46,499 nucleotides of DNA from Bigelowiella natans CCMP2755 (taxonomy: Eukaryota; Protista; Cercozoa): the NCBI GenBank assembly GCA_000320545.1, contig ADNK01001943.1, positions 1-46,499 on the forward strand, in the 5' to 3' direction. The notes under the pieces were generated by a model, which saw only the letters and a program-made list of their open reading frames with translations, did not search any database and had not been told where the DNA came from. Position numbers and translations under genes: made by a program. Below, in pieces: positions 1 through 11,500 of the stretch. The first letter of the stretch is position 1; each line of letters starts with the position of its first letter.

Positions 1-305
1 CGATATTTGTTAGAACGCACGGCATTGGAGTGCGTCGCATGCCCAAAAATACCCGGGTTTCCATTATTTATTGACTTCTACTACTGTTTGTTTCATTTTC
101 GGTTCCTGCTATCCATTGTACGATTTAGGTTTGCTGTCTCCTCGCAAGAAGAGGTTCTTACATTGAACGTCCACTTTCGCTGCTTTTTCATGCCGCTGAT
201 TGTACAGGGAGAGAACTGTATGTTTTTGTGTGTAATCTAGAATATATGTGAGGCAGGGGGAAGGGGAAAGTAGACACACTTACAACACACACACACACAC
301 ACATA

Positions 306-355
<50 letters not shown>

Positions 356-1034
356 GTATTTATTGTTATGGGTTTTATGTGTATCATTTGTACTGGAAAC
401 CATCGTTTATCTGCCTCTTCAACACCACCATCCTTACTAGCATCATCATCAATTCATGAGCAGCATCGTCCACAAAGGCTGCACCGACATTCGAGTAGTT
501 CTAGGCTTCGCCGCCTGCACGTCTAGCATTCTCTGCGAGGGGGGGGAGCACACATGAAACGGTTTTCAAAACCCATCAGCACTCTTCTTTACATCTTGAC
601 GCCATTGAACAGGGCGCGTCCCAACTGCCTTTCCGCAATTGCGCTATCGTTACCCGCTGCATTCTTGCAGGGCACCAACCAGTATCTTCTTCTTCTTCTT
701 CTTCATCATCATCATCATCACATATAATTGAGTGGCAAAGCACATCCAGAAATTAGCAGAGGACACTTCGGAGCGTAACCCTCCCATGAGGCAGCCCGCC
801 ACTCAAAGCCACACCTCCTTAATGAAATCCTCTTCGGACAATAGATTAACCTCCTCACACGCACATGCTCCCAAAACTGATTGCTAGCTGCTACGACAGA
901 GGCCCACCTGTAGCTGGCGAGCCTGATGAGCTCTATTGACAATGATCGCCACCTGGCAAAGGTGTAGCGATTCATCATCAAAATATCAAGGCAGTCGTGC
1001 TGCTTTGTTATGAATGTATATATAAATAAATATA

Positions 1035-1114
<80 letters not shown>

Positions 1115-2130
1115 TGAAGCTACTATCGCTGTGCGCACGATCGATGAAACGATCATCGTTGCAGGCGCATGTGAAAAAAGGTAAAAACTAAGCTGCCATC
1201 CATCAAAAGCCGAAATCGCGGCGATCGTTCCGTCAGGATCCTCACCGTATTTGCCTTCCTCTCTTCCCCAGTAGTTTTGAGTACCTAGTTATGGAGAGCG
1301 CAGCTGAAACACGAGCACTTAATGCATCATAGGCGTGTGCATACAAAGAGGGCAGCAAGCTGATGATGGCGGGTCGCTACCTTGAGAAGAACAGAAGATT
1401 CCTCCGGATGCTCAAAGAAGGCAAGACCTTCCTGCTTTTTGCTTTTTTTTTGGTTTTGGCCCTCCGCCGCGGAGCTTGCAATGTTGTGGATTCGAAGGCC
1501 GGTCCGAGTGTTTGATTCCAGATAAGCAAGATGCGCCGCAGCTGCCACTTTCTTCTTCATCCTCTTCAGATGCTTCTTTTTCGCGCGCTTTGATGACGAC
1601 GCTGTGGTTAGTGTAGGGAGCTTCTCCCCATTCTCGGCCTCCTCCCTGAGACGCTTCTGCCTAGAACGTTTCTTCTTTGAGACCTGCCCAGGGGAAGGGG
1701 GTCAGGGTGTCAGTGATTCCGTATGAACAGCACAGCAGTGGAGCAAAACGAAGAAAACGAACTATTTTTCTATTCAAGATGACTTCTATCATCAGCCTCC
1801 CCCCCCCCCTACCACCCTTAGTCGCAACACCGGCATTCTTCGTTGAGATCTAGAATCTGCTCTGCAGCAATGCTTTCAGTCTCCTCGCATGGTCCTGCGA
1901 TGCGTGTAATAACTCTTTGTTCCCCTTCAGATTCACCTACGTTATTGAATTGTTTAACAACGCTGCTTCCCCGTCCACACCATTTGCGGTCATCACAATC
2001 TTCACAATAGAATGCAAGCACTTTCGACGTCGGGGGTCGGCTCTGTCCCTCGACGGAGGTTTTTTTTTAGAAGTTTTTCTTATTGTCGCCCCATCAAAAT
2101 TGCATCCATTCCACATTTTACAGCTTAGAT
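1..2130 (-). CDS. Possible multi-exon gene of unknown function (partial, structure unresolved)
   Basis: Several minus-strand AG...GT-bounded segments translate to plausible low-complexity peptides, e.g. from ~1683 VSKKKRSRQKRLREEAENGEKLPTLTTASSSKRAKKEASEEDEEE, and ~1284-1247 VLKTTGEERKANT. They are separated by (TA)n/(CA)n-rich introns. No recognisable domain. Confidence 0.3.
1039..1111. repeat. (TA)n microsatellite, representative of many intronic (TA)n, (TG)n, (GA)n and poly-C tracts
   Basis: Directly visible. Similar tracts at ~310-349, 2797-2849, 4316-4352, 20230-20298 and throughout 38.5-46 kb. Confidence 0.95.
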
Positions 2131-2797
2131 TCGTAAAGAAAGTCGAAACGCATTAGGTTTTAATGCAGCGGCATTCATCTCTGCCAGTCACAGATGGAAA
2201 ATCTATGGAGTTCTCCTCGTTTCGGCTAAGAGAAAAAAGAAACCTCTTACTTTCCGGTGGAGCTTCACGATGATAGCTTATGTTCTCTGTCTTTTAGTCA
2301 AAATTACCGTGGTTTTGACTAAAAGACAGAGAAAATACGCTATTGAAAGCACAAAACCCCATAAATCGTCGTCTTCAAAATCGACCCACCCCAAGTCAGC
2401 CCTGCACACACGTATCCGGCCCTGGCAGACGATTAGCACCTCGTGCTTTCGGCTGTTGTGGAGGCCTACCCCCCGCCAAGCTCCAACATGTGTACGTTCA
2501 GTTTAATTTGATGCGAGAGGCGAAAATATCTGGCTAAATTCCTCTCGGAACTCTTTAAGCGCCGAGGAAATAAGTTGGTTGGGGCGGCACAGCGCGAATC
2601 GACAGAGAAGCGGCTGTGATACGATGCCCGAAATTAAGCGTTCCAACTTCCAACTGTCTCTTGAATATGTTTTGGTTATCGCAATTCGACAGAAGTGACG
2701 CCCCGTGCTAGCGTGTGGCGAATAATTTTGCACATGTTTATGATGTACAATGTGTATTTGTCTGTACGATGTAACACACTTATATCCTTAAATATAT

Positions 2798-2852
<55 letters not shown>

Positions 2853-2865
2853 CATTGTTACTTAG

Positions 2866-4310
2866 GGCGTAAGCTTGGTCGATCAGTCAACTCTTGGCTG
2901 CGCAACTCCAAAGCGGCTGCGTTTACACGGCGGTTGCAGGATCTCTCCAACACATACGCGAGATTGTCAGTTGACTACCCGTAAGAGCTTTTCTTTTCCA
3001 TTCTACATCATGGACGACATATGAACTAAAAACGTTAAAATGATAGATTCGCCATCTCCTCGTTATCCGGGGGAAGCATTTTGTTCTGCTCCGACCTCAC
3101 GGCGCAGGTATAGCGAACACACTTTTCGCAGCTATAAAAATAATGCTTCGTCAATATTGCAATATTGCGAGAACGTCAGCCACGGACGACCCTTGGAGGG
3201 CCAGTCGCAAAGGCCTCGATCTCTTTATATCCTAGCTATAAGTTGCACAGATAGTGAAATGACTGACAAGGCATTTGCTATCGTCATCATGTTCTGAGAT
3301 TCGCAAAAATTATGCTTTCAGTTCGTCGTCTCAAGGAGATCGGAGCTGGACGATAGAAGGCTTCTTGCCGTGAGCTCGTTTGGATTTTTCTACTATGGAT
3401 TTATTATGAAGGTGTCGTTGCAGCGTTGATAGAGTTGTTGAATGTTCCACGATGACTCCAGCCTTAAACGATGCTGGGCTTCATCTTTGTGATGGTGCAG
3501 GCTATATACATCGGCTACGACTTAGTGCTAGGGCCAAAGAGAGCCCTCGTAAAGGTAACCTTTTCGTATTCTGATCGATAAATTGATCTTGCAGCTCCCC
3601 TCAATTTGTTGCTTTTGCCGTTTGTGAGGCGTTTTCGATGGTGGTGCGACGAAGCTGAGATGCTGTGTAATCAGACAATTCTCGACTGCGTTGTGCACAC
3701 ACCGTTTGGGGTACAGCCGCACAAAAACCCTCGCTGAAATATTGATGGCAGCAGTTCTTAAAACTTGAGTCAAAGCTGAAGAGATCGACATAGCAAATGC
3801 ACGCACTGGCGACTCGATTTGGCACACATATCACCACATGCCACACCGACTCCCTCCCTCCCCTCCCCACTCACCTAATCTTAGATGTCTCCAATGTTTC
3901 AAAACAGTACACACATAATAGCAACTCAAGCATAAGTTAACGTAAAACTCTACGACTATTCGTTCGTGCCAATCATAATCGCTCTCCGTCACCGATTTAT
4001 GCTCAAAGGTCATTCCAGCATTCTATTTCCTGACGGGCGTCATCAAGGGGCAGGTAATCGAAGCACTGCATGGTACCTGCAGTTGAAATCGATCAACGAT
4101 CCAGCTTATCAGCACATGACCACCATCGCGTCTGGTATTGATTGTTATCAATTCTCTAATCTATCTTGCAAGACGACGGAGCAGTGGACAACACAACTGC
4201 GGAAGGAGTGGTTCGATGCATCGTTCGGAAGCGTCGCCTATTGGGTACACGTGCAACCGTGCATATACCCGATATGAATAAATTTAGTATAGTAAAGTGT
4301 AGTAAACTAT

Positions 4311-4356
<46 letters not shown>

Positions 4357-5159
4357 TTTATTTATATATTCAATATTCGCATTATCATTTATGGTAGATA
4401 GAGAAGGGGGTGAGAGAGAGAGGGAGGGAGATACAGGGGGGGGGGGGTGGGAGAGAGAGAGAGAGAGAGTCAAGGTTAAGTCTAGCAGAATGTATCGTAA
4501 TCCATGATCATGATGTGAAATTCGGATGTAAAGCCTGAAGCAAAACTAATTGTAGTTGCTCTGTGTTGCTTCTCCTTGCCTAGACGCCGGTGCAGATTAT
4601 ATGCTTCCGGTACTAACACGGGGGGTGGCGGCGCCATGTTTGTTATGACTTCTTCCAAAAACAATAGTTGATTCCCCAAACCGATGGCGAGTCACAAATT
4701 AATTCGAAATAACTTTACACATGAACAATCAAATGCCAGGCGTCTGAGTTTATCATCATTAGCATCCTTACCATCATCATAATCATAATCACCATCGCAA
4801 CTCAAACAATTTAGGTATATTCCCCAGCACTCTAGAATTGCATTTGTTTCGTTTGCATCGTTCTTTCACAAGGTACAAAACCTGTAGCGACCCATCATTT
4901 TCACTGGTTCGACTACGCGTACACATCAAAATAAAAACTCCTTTGGAAGCACAGAAGGCGCATCAAAATTTTCATTCTTAGTTTGAAAGAATTGTTGCTG
5001 TACCATTGCTGACATGTTGCGTGGTGACATCACATCTGTAGTGCTCATCGCGTTGTCTTTATGTGCATTGATGTTTTGACACCCCTTCACCATGCAAATG
5101 GTGCACAGATCTGGCTCTCATGGCTCTCCTGCAGAAACAGGACAAAGCACTCAACATGA
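2866..5159 (+). CDS. Mpv17/PMP22 family membrane protein, about 10 short exons; first exon(s) upstream of 2866 not resolved
   Basis: Spliced GT-AG exons read ...LSNTYARLSVDYP | FAISSLSGGSILFCSDLTAQ (3047-3107) | FVVSRRSELDDRRLLAVSSFGFFYYGFIMK (3322-3411) | AIYIGYDLVLGPKRALVK | TILDCVVHTPFG | VIPAFYFLTGVIKGQ | TTEQWTTQLRKEWFDASFGSVAYW | TPVQIICFR | YIPQHSRIAFVSFASFFHK | IWLSWLSCRNRTKHST* (5109-5159). This matches the family motifs Y..L...P, D..AQ, D.RR, W.P.Q...F..+P...R and LS. Confidence 0.88.
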
Positions 5160-5199
5160 CCACACAGAGCCCCAACGTGGGGATTTGCTTCAATCTACC

Positions 5200-8180
5200 A
5201 TGACTGTTGTTTTGTTAAAACAGATTCACATGCATGCTAGCATGTGCAGCAGAAACAATGCAGCAATGCATTGAAAAACAGGTTTTGCAATGAACAAATG
5301 ATCAAATTAGAACAGCTAGATGTGTACGCAAGAAAGGGGTTTGAGGTGACCATTTCTTTCTTTTTTCCAACAGCTAGACAGTGAATAGCGCACATTCCCG
5401 TGCATTGCAATGCCAATGTCTCGCTAGCTCATGCGCATCAACAACAACGCATTGTTGGACACATTTTGTTATGTTGATGAAACGATGATTCATGATTGTG
5501 TCATGTGTGCATCATGTTGCCTGTCTGTCATGTGCCACATTAAATTTGCCACACAGCAAGGCTTCGTGCAGAGGAAGTGCGAACGATGGCACGATGCGAG
5601 CGCACAAGCAGTCACATGCACTTTTCATCATTGCCTCGCGATGAATACAGTCGTGAACCGTCATGGCGCGTTGGGACCTGTCTCTTAGCCAGCCCAAAAA
5701 TGCAAAATGCCACAGCTAACACAGCTGCCAGATGCAAACGTGGACATTCTCGAAAATCTTCTTGTGCGGCGAAGTGCAGAAGTTGCATCATTGCTTCCTC
5801 AGATTGGCTCTCATCTTTCACCAAAACACACCTAGTAGGCACATGCATCCTGAACTCTCTGCAGAACAACTGAGCACTTGTCGTCTGTGTGGACACTGGC
5901 ACGATGGCAATGCAGTTTTGAGTTTTGAGAGAGCCGCAGTGCACATGGCTGGATGGATGCTCATGCACTTCTAGACTTGCTAGCTTGGGCTCTCCCACGT
6001 GCTCCCTTTTGTCGTCACCTCTGGCCTCTGCACTTGCTAGCTTGCTCTGGTGCTGCATGTGCACGCGTGTGCGCACCCACCATGCCAGCATGTCAGCATG
6101 CTGCACACATGCAGGGATGCTAGGATGGTCAAAATGCGGCGTGGCGTGAGTGACGCACATGATGCAACTGTCCATGCGGTGAAATTGTGCACACTCTAGC
6201 TAGCTCTGCACATCCCAGAGCTGGCACTGGAGCACTGTGGCAGTGTTCATGTCGCACTCCACAATCACAACTTGCTAGCTTGCTGCAGCTTGCAAGTGCC
6301 TCATTGTCCCATCAAGCAAGCAGCCATGTTGCACCAGAAACGTTTCCAGATGCAGCGTCTGCATTCACCTGCAATGATGGGGGACGACTTCGATTTCAAG
6401 TCGTCATTCAAAAATTGGGAGTCTTGCAGTGATTCAGTCAAAATGCCTTTTGTTTTGTTGAGTTTTTGGTCCTTGTTTCAAGCATCTCCACCAAACGTCT
6501 CCACAAATGGTCAGTTCAAAGGTTGTCATCATGTCTCGTTGTGAGTGGCAAACCACTCACACTCGTGTCAATGCACTTTTGTTCCAACTGTGGCAAATTC
6601 TGGAATCATGTCTGGTGTGATCATGACGCTGAGCAAAAACAGGTTGCATTCCACATCTCCCCATGCGTGTCGTGCAACAAGAACGTCTCAATGAATTGTG
6701 TGGATGCCAACAAATCAAACACCGTCAGAATCACTGGAGCTAGTCAGCAACTGAGCATCTTCAATGCTTTGTTCATCACTCTGCTGCGTGCAAATGCCTG
6801 TCTCCCATGTGGTTCTGGCGCATGCAGTTTTTGATCAACGCTTTGTTCATTGTTCATTGTTCATTGTTCACTCATCATTCATTGTTCAACCTCAAACCAG
6901 TCGATCCCTCCCTGCGTCGACCAATCCATCAGTTCTTTGCAATGGGCATCCTTCAACGCAGGATGCACACTGGAACACACACATGACAGACGTGCAATGC
7001 ACAGCACACGTGTGGATGGACAGGGGGTCATGCCAGCACACCTGTGGATTTGTGGATGGAGCATGAGCTTGTTCAAGATGGCGTCCCGAGTTGCTCAAAT
7101 TTGTGAGCTCTGAATGAACCTTCCTCCTCTTTCTGTGTGGATTCACATCTTTGTTCACAGACTGCTGCTGCTGCAGGTTCGTCCACACTTTGGTGCTCGA
7201 CAGTCATTTGTCCACGTCGGGAGATGGCAGCGGGTGCGTTGTGATCGACACTTTGGAGGTGTCGGTGTCAGGCTCATCGATGCAGCACAGACGTCTAGAC
7301 GTGTCGTGACGAGAAAGTGATTTGAGAAGCTCTTCAGGATGCATTCTCCAAAGGAGATCTGTCTCGCGAGGACGTTTTCATCTCAACAAAGGTTGCTTAC
7401 CCCAATTTCCTGGGAAGCCATGAGAAGTGCCCTTGCGCAGACGATCCTAGCTGTGGACACGCTGGCATCACAACGTGGAACGTTCCAACACTTCCCAGTT
7501 TCGAGTGTGCTTGGAACAGTCTGTGACAGTTTTTTTGTTTCCTGAACGTTCAAGAACTTCTTCTGAGCGTTGCTCCCTGTTTTCCGCTGCAAGACAAGCA
7601 GAGCTGAGCGACGCGCACGCACCGCAATCGACCAGGAGTTCGCCGTGGACAAGCTCCTTGCTGGCTTGAGCGTTCCTGAAAGTGTCAGGAACGCTGAACG
7701 TCCAAGGAAGTGTTTTCATGGCGACGATGCACGTGCGATGCCTGAACCCAGCTTGCACGCGGACACAACTCAAAAGTCATGGCAATGACCGCAATCCCTG
7801 ACCAACTCGGCGTTTTCGGAGAAAGCTGATGTTGCCATCTAGCCATGCAACTTCAGCGATGTCACCTGCACTGGTGCATGGAAACAAACCCTCACATGTC
7901 CACAACTAACAAATGCAACACCTACATCTTTGTTGTTTCTTTCATCGATCTACCGATGTCTGCACGCTTGGACAACAGGCAACAGCTGGAGCACCTTGCT
8001 CTGATCTCCGTGTGCGATTTTTGGCTGCCCTGCCCCCATGAAAGAGCAACATCGAGACCACATCGAAGCATGGATGAAGGAAGTGTCGTTTGGCTGCATT
8101 CCATGCACAAGAACAGCTAGAAAGCTTGCGAAAGATCGAAAGTAGGTTCAAAGAACAATCGGCGTGTGAACAGGCGCGAG
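5200..8180. other. TpA-depleted hypermutated tract 1
   Basis: Between ~5900 and ~7880 I count 12 TA dinucleotides by eye, 11 of them in CTAG; random expectation is over 100. TGCA, CATG and CACG are abundant and CpG is not depleted. Confidence 0.9.
5690..8070 (-). pseudogene. Relic of a spliced gene (host or TE-derived) inside tract 1
   Basis: Exon-like minus-strand peptides such as GDIAEVAWLDGNISFLRKRR, MKTLPWTFSVPDTFRNAQASKELVHGELLVDC, ENREQRSEEVLERSGNKKTVTD and VLVKDESQSEEAMMQLLHFAAQEDFRECPRLHLAAVLAVAF. They are bounded by CAG acceptors and by GTGCGT/GCACTT donor-like sites. No family recognised. Confidence 0.3.
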
Positions 8181-8184
8181 GATT

Positions 8185-8510
8185 TGTTGCGCGTAAGGTG
8201 TTCACAGGCCGAGGCGCTACGTGCACAAGTAGGCAGGGGGGGGGAAAGGCACGTTTGCTTCCTTTTGAAGAGTTGTGTTTATTTTTATTAAAGATTATAT
8301 TTTTATTAAATCGTGCACTGCGTAATCATTCGCGAAGCTTTCGCGAATGCCGCCGCACGTGGGGCAGCACACTTCCGGTGTGCTGCCATGAGTCCCGCCG
8401 GAACCCACGTGCCTATGCTGTATTAATATCTACGTTATCTATATTCTATATCCGCGACAACCCCTTTGTTGTCGCACGTGACTTGTGCCCGCGTAGTGGT
8501 ACGCGCTACA
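8185..8510 (-). repeat. 3' LTR (326 bp)
   Basis: Identical by eye to 13575-13900, and the ORF-track translations across both copies match. Imperfect terminal inverted repeat TGTAGCGCGTA / TACGCGCAACA. Confidence 0.97.
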
Positions 8511-8520
8511 CCTCCCCCAA
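8511..8520 (-). promoter_or_regulatory. Polypurine tract
   Basis: TTGGGGGAGG immediately precedes the 3' LTR on the minus strand. Confidence 0.85.
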
Positions 8521-8561
8521 GTCACGTTGCTCCTTCCTTCCTTCCTTATTCCCTTAGACCT

Positions 8562-11500
8562 TCATCGCTTTCGGAACTTCACCAACCACCAGGTAATAGA
8601 TTCCTCTCTAACCTTATCTCCTTTGTCGCTTACCCAGAACTCACCTTCGTCCTTAGGTTCGTGTCCATACCAGCCCTCTGCATCAAGGTCCCCCAGGACC
8701 TTATACCAGTGCTCAAAGGGTAAGTCGGGAACAGCTAGGTAGAGTAGCTGATATTTTCCGTCCTTTATTTTCATAGCTACCCTCTCCATATTTCGTAATC
8801 CAGGGTAGCCTAGATAGACAATCTTCATGCGCCAATCGTCGTTCACCCTGACCTTATTGTTTCCATATTCCACATCGAACTTAGGTCGGGGTCCTAAACA
8901 AGGCATTGCTCGCTCCCACACAGTAGGGTTTACTTTAACATCCTCTAGGAGCTTCTCACCGATATCATAATTCTTTAGGTGACTGATGTGGCGCAAGGTG
9001 ACCCTGTTCCCATCATAGATGTAGTACTGCTTCCTCCCCTTCCTCTCGGTAACCTTTGCAACGCCACCCCAGAAGGGGTCTTGTTTATTTCTCGATCTCA
9101 GATTTACCTTGGCCCTAACATACTGTCCTTCCTTTAGAACTCGGCCATCGTACGGGACCTTCTCGTCTTCGCTCTCGGTATCGTCGTCGTTGTCGTCGCC
9201 TTCTTCCCTCTCCTTATCCTTGATACCTCCCCCAGACGTGAAGGTGTCGTTTACTAACCCTTGTATCTTGTCTGGTGTGGTGCTATTTATCCTGCTTAGG
9301 TTGGCCAAGGTGCGGTGGAGTCGCTCTACCTTGGAGTTGGACTGGGCATAGTATACAGGTGAGGCATCAATATTAGGGTGTGGTAGCTGTAGAAGAGAGG
9401 TCTCATTATCCACATGTAACTTCTTTGGTATCTTGTTTATGCTAACTTCATCAGGGATAGCCTGGAGCTCAGACTCCCAGGTACGGTAGCAGTTAGTAAG
9501 CCTCTGCTTATATAAGCCTTTGTTCTTCTTAGCAACGTTGACCTTGATAATCTTTTTAACCCAGCACTTTCCAGTGGCCACATCAACGAAGGTAAGGTAG
9601 TGATAGCCATCGTACTTATAAACATCAATTTGCACGATATCTAAGAAGTTCCTTGCTTTGATTTTCTTAGATGCACGGCTCTTGCTGGACTCCTTGGTGG
9701 CGACGCCTGCCGCCTTCAAGCTGGAGCACCTGCAGCCACGCAGGTATGTCCTTATCTCTTTTAGCTTGTAGGGCCAGTAGTAATGGTAGAGTAGAGCAGT
9801 GATATGGTTTTCTCCTACGTGTGCAGGTCCATGGGCGGTAAAGAGAAGGGCTCCCCTGGTCCGCCGTGGCACGTAGGTACGCCTAACATTATTAGTGTAT
9901 ACATATATCCTATCACTAAGTACCTCATGCTTGTGTTTGTATTTATCCAGGTGTTCTTGAAGGTGCTGGAGCTCCTCTGGCTCAGGCAGGAAGTCGCCGT
10001 CCTCGAAGGTAATCGCGTTAACCATAGGGGTGACCTGGGTAGGGACTTTCTTTTCGAACAGCCTGCTGAAATAGTCAGCAAGCTGCTTGTCTCCTGGTGC
10101 GTAGACCACTGTCCTCTTGTCCCTAAACTCTTCCGTGTCCGCCCTCATAGCTGCATACTCATCGTTAGGCGCTTCGAGCTTGCGGTCGATGCCTAGGAGG
10201 GGCTTGTGGTCAGTCATTAAGGTGAAGCTGGGCACCGACAGCAGGTAGTATCTTAGTTTCCTCTGCGCCTCAGTCATGGCTTTATACTCTCCTTTTGTAG
10301 GGCTGTACTTGGCCTCAGCTGCTGTGCAGGCCCTGCCCCACACCCGTATGATCTGCTGGTCTTGGGTAAGTACAGCAGCCATACCTAGCTTAGACCAGTC
10401 TGTCCATAGGGTAGCTGGTCTAGTAGTGTCTAGCTTAGCATTCAATAGGGTGTTGCTGCATAACTTTATTAGGTTATCGAAGTGGGCATCAAGGCCAGCC
10501 TTGGCCCACACCTTAGCGAAGCTGAGGCCTACAGAGTTCTCCTTCCGGTAAGCAGTAGTAAAAGCAGCTGCAGTCCTAGCGTAGGTAGGGGAGAACCTAC
10601 GTAGTATCCAAGCTGCAGTCTGCAAGAATGACTTTAACTCCTTTGCATTCTTAGGTTTAGGGGCTTGCTGTAGTGCTGCTACTTTCTCGGGGTTTGGGGT
10701 GATGCGGCCTTGCTCCAGGTAATATCCACACCACTTGATTCTTGTAGCTAGGAATGTACACTTCTGCAGTCTAATAGTAAAACCGAAGTGTGCAAACCTA
10801 ATAAATATATTTTCCAGGAGGAAGATCTGAGCGACGACTGTGTTGGTACATATTATGTCATCATCCACATACACAAACACAAACACCCACAACACAGACG
10901 CCATCCCATCATGTGTGTATGCCCTGTAGTTCTGACTACTGAACGCATCCCCTGATATGCTTAGGCCGTAAGGGAATACGACGAAGTGCCACTTCCTGTG
11001 CCTGCTGGAGAACGCGGTAATGGGGCGGGAGGTTTTGTGGATGGGTGTCTGCATGTATGATTCATTTTTATCTAGGGAAGAGTAGTATTTGTATCCTATG
11101 ACGTGTTCAATAACGTCATCTATCCTTGGTGTAGGTGTCTGGATCCTCTTTATTACTCGGTTGTGGCGGATGAAGTTGTGCGCCAGGCGGAAGAAAGGGT
11201 AAGTAGGTTTCTTAGCTAGCACATGTCTCACGTTCCATGGTGAGTTGCTTGGCTCTATCTTCCCTTCCTTTGCCCATTCATTGATCTGCCACTCTATCTT
11301 TTCCCAGTCCGCTTCCGGTCGCCTATGTTCTGGGTCATTGATGATGCACTCTTCGTATCCCTTCTTTAGCTCGATCTTTACTGGGGTAAGCTTGCTGGAG
11401 GGCTTCGTCGTCGGCTTGGTGATGTCAGAGTACTTCTCGTTTAATATTTTATTAATGTACTTTTTGCCTTTGTCGATATCCCAATCATCAGCTGGGGGGG

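Noticed and set aside
1818-2130. CxxC-containing ORF resembling RNase P Rpr2 or another zinc ribbon
   Set aside because: The cysteine pairs are not in one frame and no family motif could be completed.
8090-8557. 155-aa and 118-aa (13558-13914) plus-strand ORFs
   Set aside because: Antisense read-through of the two LTR copies, with no proper start inside the LTR and no recognisable motifs.
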